From the NCBI GenBank assembly GCA_002104905.1, contig MCFE01000818.1, positions 1 to 33,539 on the forward strand: a stretch of 33,539 nucleotides of DNA. The letters run 5' to 3'. Of the stretch, positions 1-12,499 are shown in pieces (the stretch's first letter is position 1; the number at the start of each line of letters is the position of its first letter). Source of the stretch: Basidiobolus meristosporus CBS 931.73. Its lineage: Eukaryota > Fungi > Basidiobolomycota. The notes beneath the pieces were generated by a model. The model was not told the DNA's origin. It saw nothing but the letters and a program-made list of their open reading frames with translations, and did not search any database. Both the position numbers and the translations under genes were made by a program.

Positions 1-287
1 TGCATCACCAAGCTAAAAAGCAAGAAGATGGTTTTTTTTGAATCGACTAATTTATTCTATTTCAACTAAACATCCGATCCAGTCTATCCACAACATTCCC
101 TTTTCCCTTTTCAATTATCCAAACTGAAGCTACAGTGCAGGTTTTTCTTGGTCTGCTGAGCTGGTATATTTGTGGTTTTGTTAGCGACAGTGTATGAAAC
201 TACCTCGAACATTCTAAGATAGATATACTCTTACATACCTCAGTATTGGCTGTAGCGGGTTTTCTCAGGAAATCGGTAGGTCCCCCG

Positions 288-1683
288 ATGCCTTGCGCAT
301 ACTGCTTGAAGGAAATCCTCGGTGCTCCTTCGCATGCTAGCATCCGGCTGTATTGTACTCACCAATCGTTTTATGTAGAGTTACTACTTGGCCATATCTT
401 TACACTAGAGCCAAAAGGATTCCTTTAAAAGCAATGCATTCTGACGACTTGAGCACCGAAGGCTCCGAGCTTCATCGCACCTCCTCCTTCCCTCCTATCG
501 CTATCAGAAGATACCACCTCTCTGGGGACATTTCTGACGAGGACTTGGAAGCCGAATTGATTGATCTGGATGATCATTCCGATGATGAGAACGAGCTGGA
601 TGACGAATTGCAGATGGAACTGGATGAGTTGTCGGAAGACTCCTGCTTGGACGATAGTGACGGATCCGAATCGGATCATTCAGATCTTGAAGAATACATC
701 CGTCTAAGTCACTACTGGAAAGAGCCCTCTATTCACCTCAGCTCCTACGGCAGGTCGTTGGTGGAGCTGACGCTGCAAGAAAACAGTTATCTCCGGCCTG
801 GCAGGGTCTTTTTAGGGACGCAAAATTTGATCAACCATCGCTCGCAAAGCTCCAGCAAAGAGGAATGGGAGGTGAAAGTTGTATGTATACAGGAACTGAG
901 AATGCCTCTGCGCGATGTTTAGCTAACCTCGCTTTTAGACCATTCACGCTGTGGATCACAAGAGCGGTACTGTTGTGGGTCTAATGGAGGCATTGAACGT
1001 CCCTGCCACAACTGCAACTGTGCTCACTTATTGGGATGGAGAGGTAAAATGCATTCAGAAAGGGTTTCTCGACAAATAGGCGCTCTAATCAGCTTAATCC
1101 CCGTGACATTAGATCATTGACTTTGTCAATCATGGCTTGTGGACGGAAAAATGGCAGGCTACCCGTGACATTGATTTGCAGCATTGGCGAATGTTTAAGG
1201 CTTTCAAAGGAGTGGATTCCGCTGAGTAAGTATCATAGGCACTGGGATGCTTGGTTGGTTCATCTGCTGATGCGATTCTGTTAGCATATCTCACGGTGCA
1301 GACTCGGTAAAGAATTTAGAGGATATCCATCGGGATTACATTTTCATGCGATGGAAAGGTTTGCACAGACTTTTGCGAGTATATATTCGTCCCTTATCGC
1401 TGACGATTGGTTGGTTGATTTAGAGCGATTCTTTGTGAATGTCTCTGCCCAGGACAGTGGGTTAACTATCGCCGGCTTTTACTATGTCTGTTTGCGCAGG
1501 TGTGATGGTTTGATTGAAGGTAGACTAATTTTCACTGATCTCTGACATCATGGATCGTAGATTAACCACATCTGTTGGACAGGGTTTTACTTCGATCCTA
1601 GCTCCACACCCTACCAACGTCTGCTTCTAAAGCCCAAATTTGATGGCCGCGGCGTTTCCTTTAGTAGCTACACTTTTGCTTAG
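288..1683 (+). CDS. GID4: GID4/VID24-family (Vac_ImportDeg) substrate receptor of the GID/CTLH E3 ligase, spliced
   Basis: Phase-compatible GT-AG exons: 288-349 (probable), 409-880, 939-1043, 1113-1225, 1285-1358, 1424-1519, 1583-1683 (TAG). The spliced product contains LRPGRVFLGTQ...WEVKVTIHAVD...TYWDGEIIDF...WTEKWQA...DLQHWRMFKAF...YIFMRWKERFF...AGFYYVCL...IEGFYFDPSSTPYQRLLL, which are the hallmark GID4 motifs. Introns are 58-69 nt. The start could instead be the ATG at 434. Confidence 0.9.
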
Positions 1684-2532
1684 CATCTGACCCGATGCTT
1701 TGCTCGGTTTTCACTCCTATGGCCTCTTCCTCCATCGTAAAGCACTCGATCCAACATTATACCATTTCCGCACTTCATCCATTTCCATTGGATCAGTCAA
1801 TGCCACCGTCATGCACGACTCACCTCTTGCCTCATACATGAAGTGGCCGTCCCGAAGCGACCGAGCGTACCCCTCTTCCCCCAACATCCCCACTCTTGGG
1901 CACTTTTGTATCACTAGAGAACTTTCATGACTGCGAAGTGACCCATATCACTAACGTATCTATCTTTCTACACCCACATTCGTTTATCAGTGAACGACCA
2001 GCCTTTTGCTAGCACCTTCCGTGCTGCCTATATTTCTATGTCATCCAGTTCTTCTCGATCTGCAGCAAAAGGCCCAGGGGTTTTTCTTTGTTTGTAAATT
2101 ATAACTATTGGTCTTGATTTGTTCTTGGTTCACCCCGACGATATTCCCTTTGCCACGGCCCCTTACCAATGACTGTTACCCGCTGCCCTCTACTCATTAC
2201 ACATTACCGTGGTTGACTTGATTGCCGGTCGACTGTATCCACTTCCCCTACTTCTTCACTTTCACATTCCTAGACAAGCAACTCTATGAAATAGCTAGTG
2301 TAATGCCAATCCACAGAAAACCGACATTATTCCCCCTGATTTAGACTAATAAAATGGTCTGACGGCCATTCTTTTCTAGTATTCCCATTGATGGCGAGAG
2401 GGGGAATGGAGGATACTTAGGCCATACTTGCAAGATCATTTATTCCGGGTCACGTTGTTTGGTGGGTAGACTCTCGTGGGGGTTCGGAGGCTCCCCCGTT
2501 CACCGTTTGCATATCGGGCTTGGCAGGAGGCC

Positions 2533-5500
2533 TCATTCCAGTAGTGCCTGGATTTTCTCGCTTAGAAGCGATTCCAAGTGGTGGATTGCATGGGCTCCCG
2601 AGAGTAGTTGCGCGCTGGATGGTAGATAAAACATGATCGGACTGCTCCGAGAGGTCAACCTGAATACACTGAGTAATGAACTTCCAGAGGATGACCCGTC
2701 GATCTTTACTTACCTGTAGGCTGCGAATTCCCAGCTAGCGGAGTGACTTGTGCTCCAAGGGGTATTCCCCTCGCTCGCCAACGGGGACACCGACTGGCGC
2801 ACATTAGGGGTATTCACCAGATGTCTGTTGTGGGACTTGATCTTCGTACCAAGAGGTGGTTTAAAAAAAAAGGGTTCCCTGGAGTTCCACTCGGGCATTG
2901 GGCAAACCTTTAAAAGCACATCCAGAAGCTCCAAGGTGACCGTCGGGTCTACCGGGGAAAATGGCCCCTTCGACAAGATGTCTGCCAAACTCTCGACCCT
3001 ATCTGTGGTAAGAAACGTCGGAAGCCAGCTTGCTCTCTGACCCACGTACTACATTGAATCCCGTTCAGTGCTGGTCTACCGGCGGCTCCCTGGAGATAAA
3101 GTGCCAACTTACGAATCGGACCATCCTCAGGTATCCTAGAAGACTGGGCCTCACGCTAAGATCTATGGGAATGGGATGAGCCGGCCTGGGACGTACGTTT
3201 GGAAAGAGGGAGGGATTCTACGGGTTTACCCTTGATGTCCACGTGGTGTTGGATCAGAGATTGGCACGATGATACATGTCGGTAGTTCCATCTATGGTTG
3301 ATCAGGAAACGTGCTACGTAGAGTACCATGAATGTCAGGGGGATTTCATGCCAGGGTTCAAGCTTACCGACCTTTGGGAGGCGGCAGGTATCTGACCAGG
3401 ATTTCGAGGATTTCAGCGAGTTCGCTAAGGATGAAAGCGTATCTCACCTCCAACTGTAGGGCATGAGTGTTCATCCACAACCAGGTGGTGGTTTCGCAGA
3501 TTCCACTTTACCTGGGTGCTGCATACGTTCACGATCCGCAGCCAAGCCATGATAAATGTGCTCTCCTTCATCTCCACCCCTTCGGTGTCCCCCAGATCAA
3601 TCCGGAAATCCCCAAGGGTGTTCTTCCCCGGCTGGTTGTGATTCGCCTCGTACCTTATTTCCGAGGACAGTATGCGCACTAGCGAGGCTTCAACGATGTC
3701 AGTATCTCGACCATTCCATCCCTGAGACAGTTAATTGAAAGCGTACCGAACGGGGGCCAGCTCAGATCCTTTTCCAACATCAGGTATATGACACTTGTGA
3801 TGTCAATGAGATTTCTTAGTGTCCAATTCATCTGTGACATAAAGACGCGGTTAAAAGCAAATATGGGGGTAGTTTGGCTTGTGTCCAACCCACCTGGAAG
3901 ATCTCACTGGCTTGAATCGAGTGCACCAACTGTAGCCCTATTGAGGCCACTGTGATGAGCATTTCGTCGTTGTGTCTGGTGATTATGTCCAAACACCAGT
4001 GCTTCAATGAACCAAGGAAATTTGGATGCTGCAAAGTTTGGTGTACCACTATCAAAATATTAATGGCCGATACCTGGGATGAGGTGGTAGAAGAGTGACC
4101 TTTGTATTCCTCTTCTAATGGTAAGGTTGCTTGAAAGTTAATCAGGATGATGAAAAAATTCAACAACCCACATAGCCCTCTCAAGTATTTCTCATTGATG
4201 GGTGATACCATCAGTTCTTCACTTGCACTGCTGCTCTGTTGGGCGGGTTTGCCCAGTAGAGCATTTACTTCTTGTATCCATCTGTCAGATGCATCAACAC
4301 CAGGGAGTCTGGTGAATGGGATCAGGATAGCACTTACCTTAGTGATAGGTCCATAACTAGTATAACTGCAATTCAGTATCATGGTCACGTGAAGGTTCCT
4401 GCCAAAATGTTGCTTACTGGATTGGACACTTATACTCAATGTTCGCAAATCCTCATACTTTGAAACGTGTTTGCTCAAGTCAATAAATAGCTCGTTCAGT
4501 TTGTCGCGCCCTGTATATACCTAATTACCACAGTGCTGAAAAGAAATAAATCGACTGGAGAGTACATGTGGCTGGGAAGGAAGGGTTTGGTGCCCATTCA
4601 GTGATGATCAATTCCCACAATCTCAATAAATCCGGTGATGTTGCATTAATCGAGTTCCTGAAATGAATCATATCAATGACTATTTGTGCAAGTAGCTGGA
4701 ATTGGTTTGTATTCTCTTCACTCAATACTAGTGCCCTAGATGTATCCTGGATGCACGAAATTGAATGACTGCAAAGATTGCATGAGGAAAGATCGCTACA
4801 CTTACAATCAATACATCAGTTTCTGAATTTGCGAATATATATCGAATCTCCACATCAAATCTATCCTTGGGTTTGATTGATGTTGTGGAAGAGATTTCAA
4901 TGCAATGCAAAATCTACAGGAGATTTAGTACATGGTTGGATGCAAAAAAACAGGATACGAACCAGTTTTCCGGCCAAGGAGCAATAGGTTCCTCTTTCTA
5001 TTAAGGCATGCCATATCCAAGGGTAATAGATGGGGCCATTGTGAACCAGGAGATTTAGTGGACAGAATGAGGCATCACATATTGAGCCATCATGAGTGGA
5101 TTGATTATGTTCTTTGAGCATCACTATGAATGCTTGTACAAGCTTGGCATACGTCAATGGCTTGGAAACCTGTAATTCTATCGGATGGCAAGTTATCGAT
5201 CCTGGTTTCAGAGATTAATCAAGTAGGGGTGTAACCTTCAGTATTATCACAACAGTGATTATAAACCTAAAAATCTCGGGTTAGGATATCAATAACGCCA
5301 AGATGTAATTAGGCATACCAAAAATAGATAAAGAAGCTGCAGGAAACTTCTCGTTCCTATCACTTCCAGCTTCTGATGATTCATAGTATAATACGCTATA
5401 TTCTCCATAAGGTCCAAATGAAATGTCGCAGGCCTATAGGTGTAGTTAGCATGTGCTATGATATCGTGTTGATGTGCAGCCGACACTAACTGGAGACGAT

Positions 5501-7079
5501 TCTGTATCGAGAGTACAAACAATGAAGTAATTATTGCCTGCTGGAGATTGACGTCAACTCTATTTGTCTGATTCATTTCTTTTAATCTCTGGCTCATCTC
5601 TCTAGCAGGCCCTTGAGATTATTTCAGTATCATCCAGTATCGGTAATCAAGTGAAGAGTAGTTACCTAAGATCCATGCATATATGTATGGGTGCTGGAAT
5701 TCTGCTAATTTGTATTGATATTTACTCTGGCATTGTAGATTCATATGATAGATTATCCCGGTAGATACGGCGTCAAAGATTGTGTATGCCTTTTGGTGTC
5801 CAGCGTTTAATGGTCCCTGCTCGTCAAGAAATTGCATCTTCAAATGTAAGCAGAGTTCAAGAAACCCGGAAGAGACTTCAATGCATAATTAGTCTACAAA
5901 TAAAGTAAAGTCAAATGGCCAGATATTACCTAGTTTTTTGACTAGGGCTTCTCTTGGATGCATCCAATTTCTATGTTTCGATTCGTTGGTGACCAAAAGC
6001 AGGTATCTTTCCAACAGGTTGAGCAGTTTGATGAATGGCTTTTCTTTGGCTATATTAGGTGAGCCTTCAAGTGATTTCTAATGCAGAAAGATGGATTTGG
6101 TATTTTGCGGATGGTTGCAATTAGGCTTATATAGCTATTACCAGAATCGCAGGAATGCAGATTTTATCCAATAGTTTCGCTATTAGGCTCTCTATTTTCT
6201 CAACGGAATCAAGGGGAAGCTTCACATTAAAATGCCTTGATTGTCTCTTGTCTCCCGACTCTAGGGTTGCCTCGGTGATGTTATTTGGTATAAATTGAGC
6301 GAGCAGCTCAAGCAAAACTATAACTGAGATAGGTATAAGGACGAGTCAAGAGGTAGCATTCCGTAAAGTATTGTTGATACCTAATTGGACGTTCCGTGTG
6401 GGGAATGGTTCTCCTTGTTCTTTCCATTCCATTCTGGAGCAGTATACTCCAGACATGAACACTTTGCATATTGTTGAGATCATAGTGTTTAATGTTACTT
6501 TACTGGGAGACCCCGAAGAGGCTTCAGAGAGCTGAGCTACTTTTACTAGGTGAGCAAGAAGAGTTGGAAGTACTTGAATAACAAATATGGCGTCGGATAT
6601 TTTCACGTGCTCTCGGTAAAAGAGCACTCCTCGTTTACGCTCGCTGTAACTATACATCAAAACGTCTGTTCGGAGAATTAATTAGCATGTTCTATTAAAA
6701 ATGGATGATTTTGCAGGGCTTTCCTACTATCTCCTCGCACAGGTACTTGAACGATTGATGTATGTACGTGCGTCCGTTTGGCGAGCACAGTAGCTTTTGT
6801 GCTTGCTTGATCCATATATCGTTGATGCTGGTGGGGAGCTTTATCCCACTTGCTTGGGCACGTTCTTCGTATAAAAATACATCATTACTGCGGTTTCTTA
6901 GGGAAATAAGCTGGACTGTTGTTAACGACGTACGCGAGCCAACGTTTTTGAAGGAACATTACCGGTAAGGTTGTAGTAGAATTCTCCGGATTAATAAAAT
7001 TCAGCAGACACAACAGACAGCAAGTTCCGTCTTCAGTCTTGTTACATTCACAGCCACAATTGTTGTCGCAGGTATTCAT
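2533..7079 (-). CDS. Large multi-exon gene, leucine-rich helical (ARM/HEAT-like) protein of roughly 1100+ aa; function unassigned, possibly MEI1/PRD1-like
   Basis: A chain of minus-strand ORF pieces (6885-7079, 6346-6660, 6127-6315, 5619-5843, 5289-5597, 4897-5157, 4525-4725, 3828-4478, 3425-3679, 2710-3045) is broken at GT...AG sites. An example is the GTAAGT donor near 2713 with a phase-compatible last exon ending HHLESLLSEKIQALLE-TGA at 2533. I did not resolve every exon. Confidence 0.7.
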
Positions 7080-7561
7080 AATGAAGGGGAGAAAAAACTA
7101 TCTAGGCACCCTGCTCTACAATGGAATATATAGGATGGACTGTTGACAGCTGTTTAGTAACACTAGCATATAGAGATAGCATACACTGAAGGTGATTCGT
7201 GAACAATGATGAGATAGCATATCAGTTGCTTATCAGAGGCAAAATTGAAATCACCAAGTGCCTACTACAAATTCTCCATAGGTTCACATGTAAGAGAATA
7301 TAAGGGCCACAAGATACGCAAAACCTGGGACAAAATGAAGTGAACAACATATGGTATTATCCATCTATGCCGTTGTATTAAAGATCTACCATTTACGAAG
7401 TCATCGTCTTTACATATTTTCTATTTAGTGAACAAAAACCATTTGATAGAATACAGTATATTCACTGAGGGTTATTGAACAAGTTGGAAAAGAGAAATGG
7501 TCAGGTTTTAGCGATCTCTGAAGAACACCTGAAATTGGCTCACTTCTAATCTACAGTCTAT

Positions 7562-7989
7562 TTACTCGGTGTATCGTTCCAGTACCGTTTGTAATAGTGA
7601 AACACGAGATAACATGACGCTTTCGACTCCATTTTCCTGTAAAAGTTGGCATACATTGTCTAGTGCGCGGTCGCAACTATATATGTATACGATCTTGTCA
7701 ACGAAGCCTTTTTCGAATAACTTTTTAAAGGCGAAGAAGGCGAGTTCATAATCTGAGGCATCGGTAATGCGGCGCTCCGTTCGATGGAAATTCGCGTACG
7801 TGATCTTCTGATCAGGATAGGTTGGCCCTGCGAATAAATGAACCTCAACATTGGGTATCGGCTTGTCTATCAATTTGATCAGATGTGCAGCTTGGTCCAG
7901 ATCTATCAGTATTACTGCCTTCTTCAAGGTTGGAGATCTGGTAGTTTGAGAGTCGGGCGAATCGGATCTGGGCGACTTTTCCACTTCAG
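7562..7989 (-). CDS. Terminal exon encoding a PIN/NYN-like domain (LabA/DUF88- or ZNF451-PIN-like)
   Basis: The exon encodes VILIDLDQ...VHLFAG...RRITDASDYELAFFA...IVYIYSCDRALDNVCQLLQENG, the acidic pattern (D at the end of strand 1, DAxD, SxD) of PIN/NYN folds. The acceptor CAG is at 7990-7992. Phase-compatible donors lie at 8029 and 8070, so the 5' exons are uncertain. Confidence 0.7.
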
Positions 7990-8340
7990 CTGCAGTAAAA
8001 AGGAGGCAACAATCCAGTAAGAATCTCACTTGGTCCAAACACATCCATCAGAAAAACCAATATAAGGTACCTATATCATTGCTGCTATTTTTTCTTTTCC
8101 TTTGAGCCTGCTTCATATTTCGCCACTGGTTCTAGCACTAGTAGACAAATACGTACTACGCCAATATATAAAGGGATCTGGATAACAGCAATTATATTGG
8201 TGTTCGTATGGAATTCTTGTAAATCCTATTGATCTGATCAAATGGGGTACAAATTGTTGCACGGTGCCCAGCAATCGTGTTTGCCTTGAACAAGGTGCTT
8301 TATGAGCTGTTGTGAAGTGAGTGCATAACGGGCCCCTAAT

Positions 8341-8616
8341 TCATGGACAAGCATACAAAGGACGAAAACAGACAGGCTTGGCACTGATAGTAGTAGAAGT
8401 AGCGCTTAAATCCGTATGTAGGTGACGATCCTGGAAGTGATACAAGGAGTCCAAAGAAGCTGGAGTATTGAGAATTGGCCATTGCTGATTGAGAATATCG
8501 GGGGATGGTGTGCGTATCGATTGTTGAGCCAATAAGGAAGGTAAGTCTTTCAAGCGTTTGGAGATGTCTGAGGACTGGTAAACAAGATCGTCAAATAACC
8601 TGACAATTTGGGACAT
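8341..8616 (-). CDS. Possible upstream exon of the PIN-like gene, or a separate small gene fragment
   Basis: A 91-aa ATG-initiated ORF with protein-like composition on the same strand upstream of the PIN exon. I could not splice it cleanly in phase. Confidence 0.3.
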   Translation of the reverse strand: MSQIVRLFDDLVYQSSDISKRLKDLPSLLAQQSIRTPSPDILNQQWPILNTPASLDSLYHFQDRHLHTDLSATSTTISAKPVCFRPLYACP

Positions 8617-11107
8617 GAGATAGTCTCAAAGCGGACGGATAGTATAGAAATCCATCCACTTCAAAGCTATGGATGGTCAATGTATCTCAGCGAGTGGATC
8701 ACATCCAAACAAATACTACTAAGGAACTGAACATATTAACCATAGCAGACCAAGGCTTTCGCCATTTGTGGCCCTGTTTCAATGATGGTAATCTGTTAAG
8801 GTTCAAGTTGGGAAAGATTCTCATGACATCAACTCTCTAGAATAGGAAAGCGTATGCCCATCCACCATTCTCACCTTGATGAATTGCATGGCGTCATGAT
8901 GAAGGATCGTTAATTGGTTGGACTTTTAAGGATATAGCTATGCGTCAATTATATATTTGTCATTTGGCCAAGCAGCCATATACCTACACAGCAGCATTGT
9001 TTTCCTGCATCGTGCCTTATGAGCGGCATCTCTCTGCCAATACGATCCTGGCAGCAACATGCCAACAGCCCAAAACTCCACCAGAAGACAGATGCGGCAT
9101 CCAGGCCAGGTCACAATAAGACATCAGCCAGCGGATGATCTGCTGATATACGAAGCGATAACTGAACACAGGCTACCTCATATCTGGTTGGTAAATGCAC
9201 TGCACTCTCCCTTCATAGGTTGTTGTGGTTATGACGACACGATGTAGCTAGTGATGGCTGAACGGTAGGCGCCAGACATCATCTCGACTGTCTGAGGTAG
9301 GCATGCATTGATCATGGAGGTGAGTATGGAAGCATGGTGGTTGTAGATAAGTGTCTAGGACAGGATCCATATGTGTCTTTATTGCATGGTGTCAATCAAG
9401 GCTTCATTTCGTTTGAGACATCACTCTTGCTTCTTCATCCTTGAAAATCCCTAAACTTTTATTCACTTCGATGAAACGCTAGTCTCGTAGCTCCTTAAAG
9501 CAATCAAGTGAGTCACCTCGGGCATCTCTGCTCAACCGCAAACTGCCTGGCCAAGCCGACCTTTGGTTTCTGGCGTCTATATCTACCCGTCAAGAGCCGC
9601 AGCTAAGGGCTGAAGCGAGAATCCCTCAATCCCCTTTAGCTGCTTATAGGGAATGAAGCCATTATCCAACTCCCCCGCCATTGATTGGGCCAAGCAGAGT
9701 AAAATCACTTGAACCCGTCGATCCCGTTTGCTTGAATCCGTGTTATCAGACTCAAGGTAGCCCACTATTTGGTGCATCCTATCCTGGACACAAGCACCGA
9801 TGTGCTTAGCCTAATACTCATGTTGGACAGTAGATTGTTGAGAGCTGGGCAGCGGGACGTCAGGACTATTTGCTGGCATAAGACATCTGCTGATTTAATG
9901 GAATAGCAGACGTTCACATGCTCCGGTTACAATGGATTCCTTGTCCAACGTTACAGCTCGCATTCGAGGTTACAGCCAGTGGAACTATGCAGCAGGGTGT
10001 CCTACACTGGCACAACTCATGCTGGGCCTCAGAAATAAGCAAATTATCAATAAGATCGTCGAAATTAACTTGAAAATGTTAGGCCTAATCGAGATTGAGT
10101 TGATCGCCTGATCCCTCAGCAGTCCAGTTCATACAAGTTTTGTTGGCATGCTATTACTTGTAATCAATCGAGATCCAAGCAGCCGAGAGCAACCAGATAT
10201 AGGTTTACAAAGCGGAGACAGGCAGAGTGTTGAAGTAATCCGGTTCACTCCGACTGTCTCAGATTAGAAAATTAAAATCGTTTCAAACCATCCCTAATGC
10301 TACTACTGCTTTGTGGATTGGTCAAACCACTAGTGGATTCCAAACTGCAACCAGCAGAGTCCACACAGTATGCTCCATTCAAGGGCTGAGATGAACCCTA
10401 GACTAAGCCACGCATCTGGCTGGTCTGCAGGCAGCAGTACTGCGCTTATCCTTGGAGCCCGCTACTTGACGGCATCTGAAGCCTCCACCTTGAAGACTGT
10501 GCTATCCAGCACCCTCGCAACGTTGTAGATCAAAGCGCTCATGGATATTATCCTGGTCTCACAAGGACGGTGGGCTTTCTTGCTAAGCATTCGTCTGATT
10601 AGTTATCAGAGCATCGGTTAGACGAAACCATTTTATTATTTTTAATTTGTGAACTACAGTGGAGAATTTATTCTGTCCTCCGATATTATATCATCCCCCT
10701 GAGCTAATGGAGTAATCCCTGCGCATATATCTGGCACACTGTCGAGCCCAACTAAAATATGCTGATCCCCCCGAACACCCTTTCATTAAGGATCAACTAG
10801 ACCTGTGCTAGAAATCACTTTAATGTTTAATACTGGGATTAGAGTACTTCAAATGATTGCCATTCGATTGCCACCCAGTTTCTGATTAATTTGTACTATC
10901 CGATTAGTCAGGTCGCGTGACTGGCTATGAAGAGTTGCCTACGTAGGTATTAATTAGCCAGAACTCTCAATAATGGGCAAGAGATCATGATAAGATAAAA
11001 AACCATAATTAAGAGAGGGGCTCTGATTCTTATATATTAAGGCTCGGAAGCAGCATGGCGACCGTTGCTATCATTTTTCTTCCTTTTCTCCTTTGGACAT
11101 TGCCACC

Positions 11108-12171
11108 ATGGCTTATCAAATTCCCGATAAATTTATCGAGACATTCTCTAGACCTTGTTTTGTACCTGCTATATATCACACGATAAATGATACCTTTTAC
11201 GAAGTCGAAACTTTTGATGGCACTAGTTCTAAAGTGGGGGGAATTCATCCGTATTTTTTCAAACACGAGATTAGTTGGCCAGTTTGTGAAGAGTGTAGCA
11301 AGCAAAGTACGTTCTCCAACTTAATATCTCTTGTTTCTTTACATTTCATCATCATACGTGCCCTCATATCGAAGTATATGTCGCTCCTGCTCTCACTCGA
11401 CCAATGAGACACCTCCCATTAGCTCGTAAAGGCTGATCAAACCTTCTCTCCCATAGTGACATTTTTCCTACAATTTGATTTGGACAAGATATCCAAACAC
11501 CCGTTGTACATAGAAAAGACTGGCGGGAAGGGGTTGTTCCAGTTATTCGTGTGCCTTAGTTGCGAGGAGTAAGTAGGTGCTGTTTGTTCTGCCGATTAAA
11601 CCCTATTAAACATTGAAATGAATTATGGCTCCCTTGCTGCGGATGAACCTTCAGACAAGAGACTCCTTTGACCAACAGAACTTACCTTGCACGGCTGATC
11701 TACCCTGAAGAGTTGGCACGGAATGCGTCCGAAACACACGAACGCCCAGACTCCGCCCCATGGCAAATTAGGCCGCCTGCTTACGAGGGGGACATATTAA
11801 TTCTAGATGAATGCCTGATTTTAGATTGGGACCAATGCCAAGAGATACCACATATCTACGAGATCGAGGAATCAGAAATGGCATTGAAATTCTTAGAACT
11901 TGAGCGTCACGACAGCCAGCTCGACGAGATATGCGAGCACCGCCTGCACCCGAAGCCAGGCACTTTGAAAGTCTTCGGCTGGCCCTACTGGATTCAGGCG
12001 ACGGACTATCCAAAGTGCAAAGAGGATCATTGTGGCGAGTCCATGCACTGTCTATTGCAACTGGCGGAGTGTGGCATAATCGCGTACATGTGGGGAGATT
12101 GCGGGATTGCCTCCGTGTTCCAATGCCCAAGTCACAAGGAATCGTTCTACTTTACTTGGGAGTCTAGCTAG
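11108..12171 (+). CDS. DUF1963/YwqG-like protein, three exons
   Basis: Exons 11108-11306, 11457-11568 and 11655-12171 are phase-compatible, with GTACGT and GTAAGT donors. The product has SKVGGIHPY...WPVCEECSKQMTFFLQFDL...GLFQLFVC...KVFGWPYWIQ...YPKC...CGESMHCLLQL...MWGDCGIASVFQCPSHK...FTW, matching the duplicated K-x-G-G/W-P, CxxC and WGDxG motifs of YwqG-type proteins. Confidence 0.85.
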
Positions 12172-12499
12172 ATCACGTAATGTAATGAATTAGATAGCAT
12201 ACTATCCTGAAGGATATCCTTAATCGTTGCTTTGTTTCAATCAGCCTCGCCCAATATCATCGGAGAGTTTAGTCTAAAATGGCATTGAAAGAATATCGTC
12301 CTAATTACCCATGCATCCCAATATGTACTTCATTACATAGCTGATGGAAGAATGGAGTAAGAAAATAGCCAACTCGACCAATATGGCGAGATAAGCGTAT
12401 CAACATGGTAGTATTCCAGTCATAGAACATTCCTAAATTCTTGAATAAATCCATCAAAAGGGGATGCAGATGGCACCACGGAAATGCTGACAACTGGCA

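Noticed and set aside
1700-2500. Small ORFs 1700-1930 (+) and 1717-1914 (-)
   Set aside because: No recognisable motif and no splice path to an open frame; probably UTR or intergenic DNA between convergent genes.
9000-10600. Possible decayed gene on the minus strand (for example CPALNNLL, LRR-like)
   Set aside because: Stops in all frames and no consistent motif; cannot be supported without a translated search.
11768-12167. ORFs 11768-12130 (-) and 11931-12167 (+)
   Set aside because: Antisense or alternate-frame shadows of the DUF1963-like exon.
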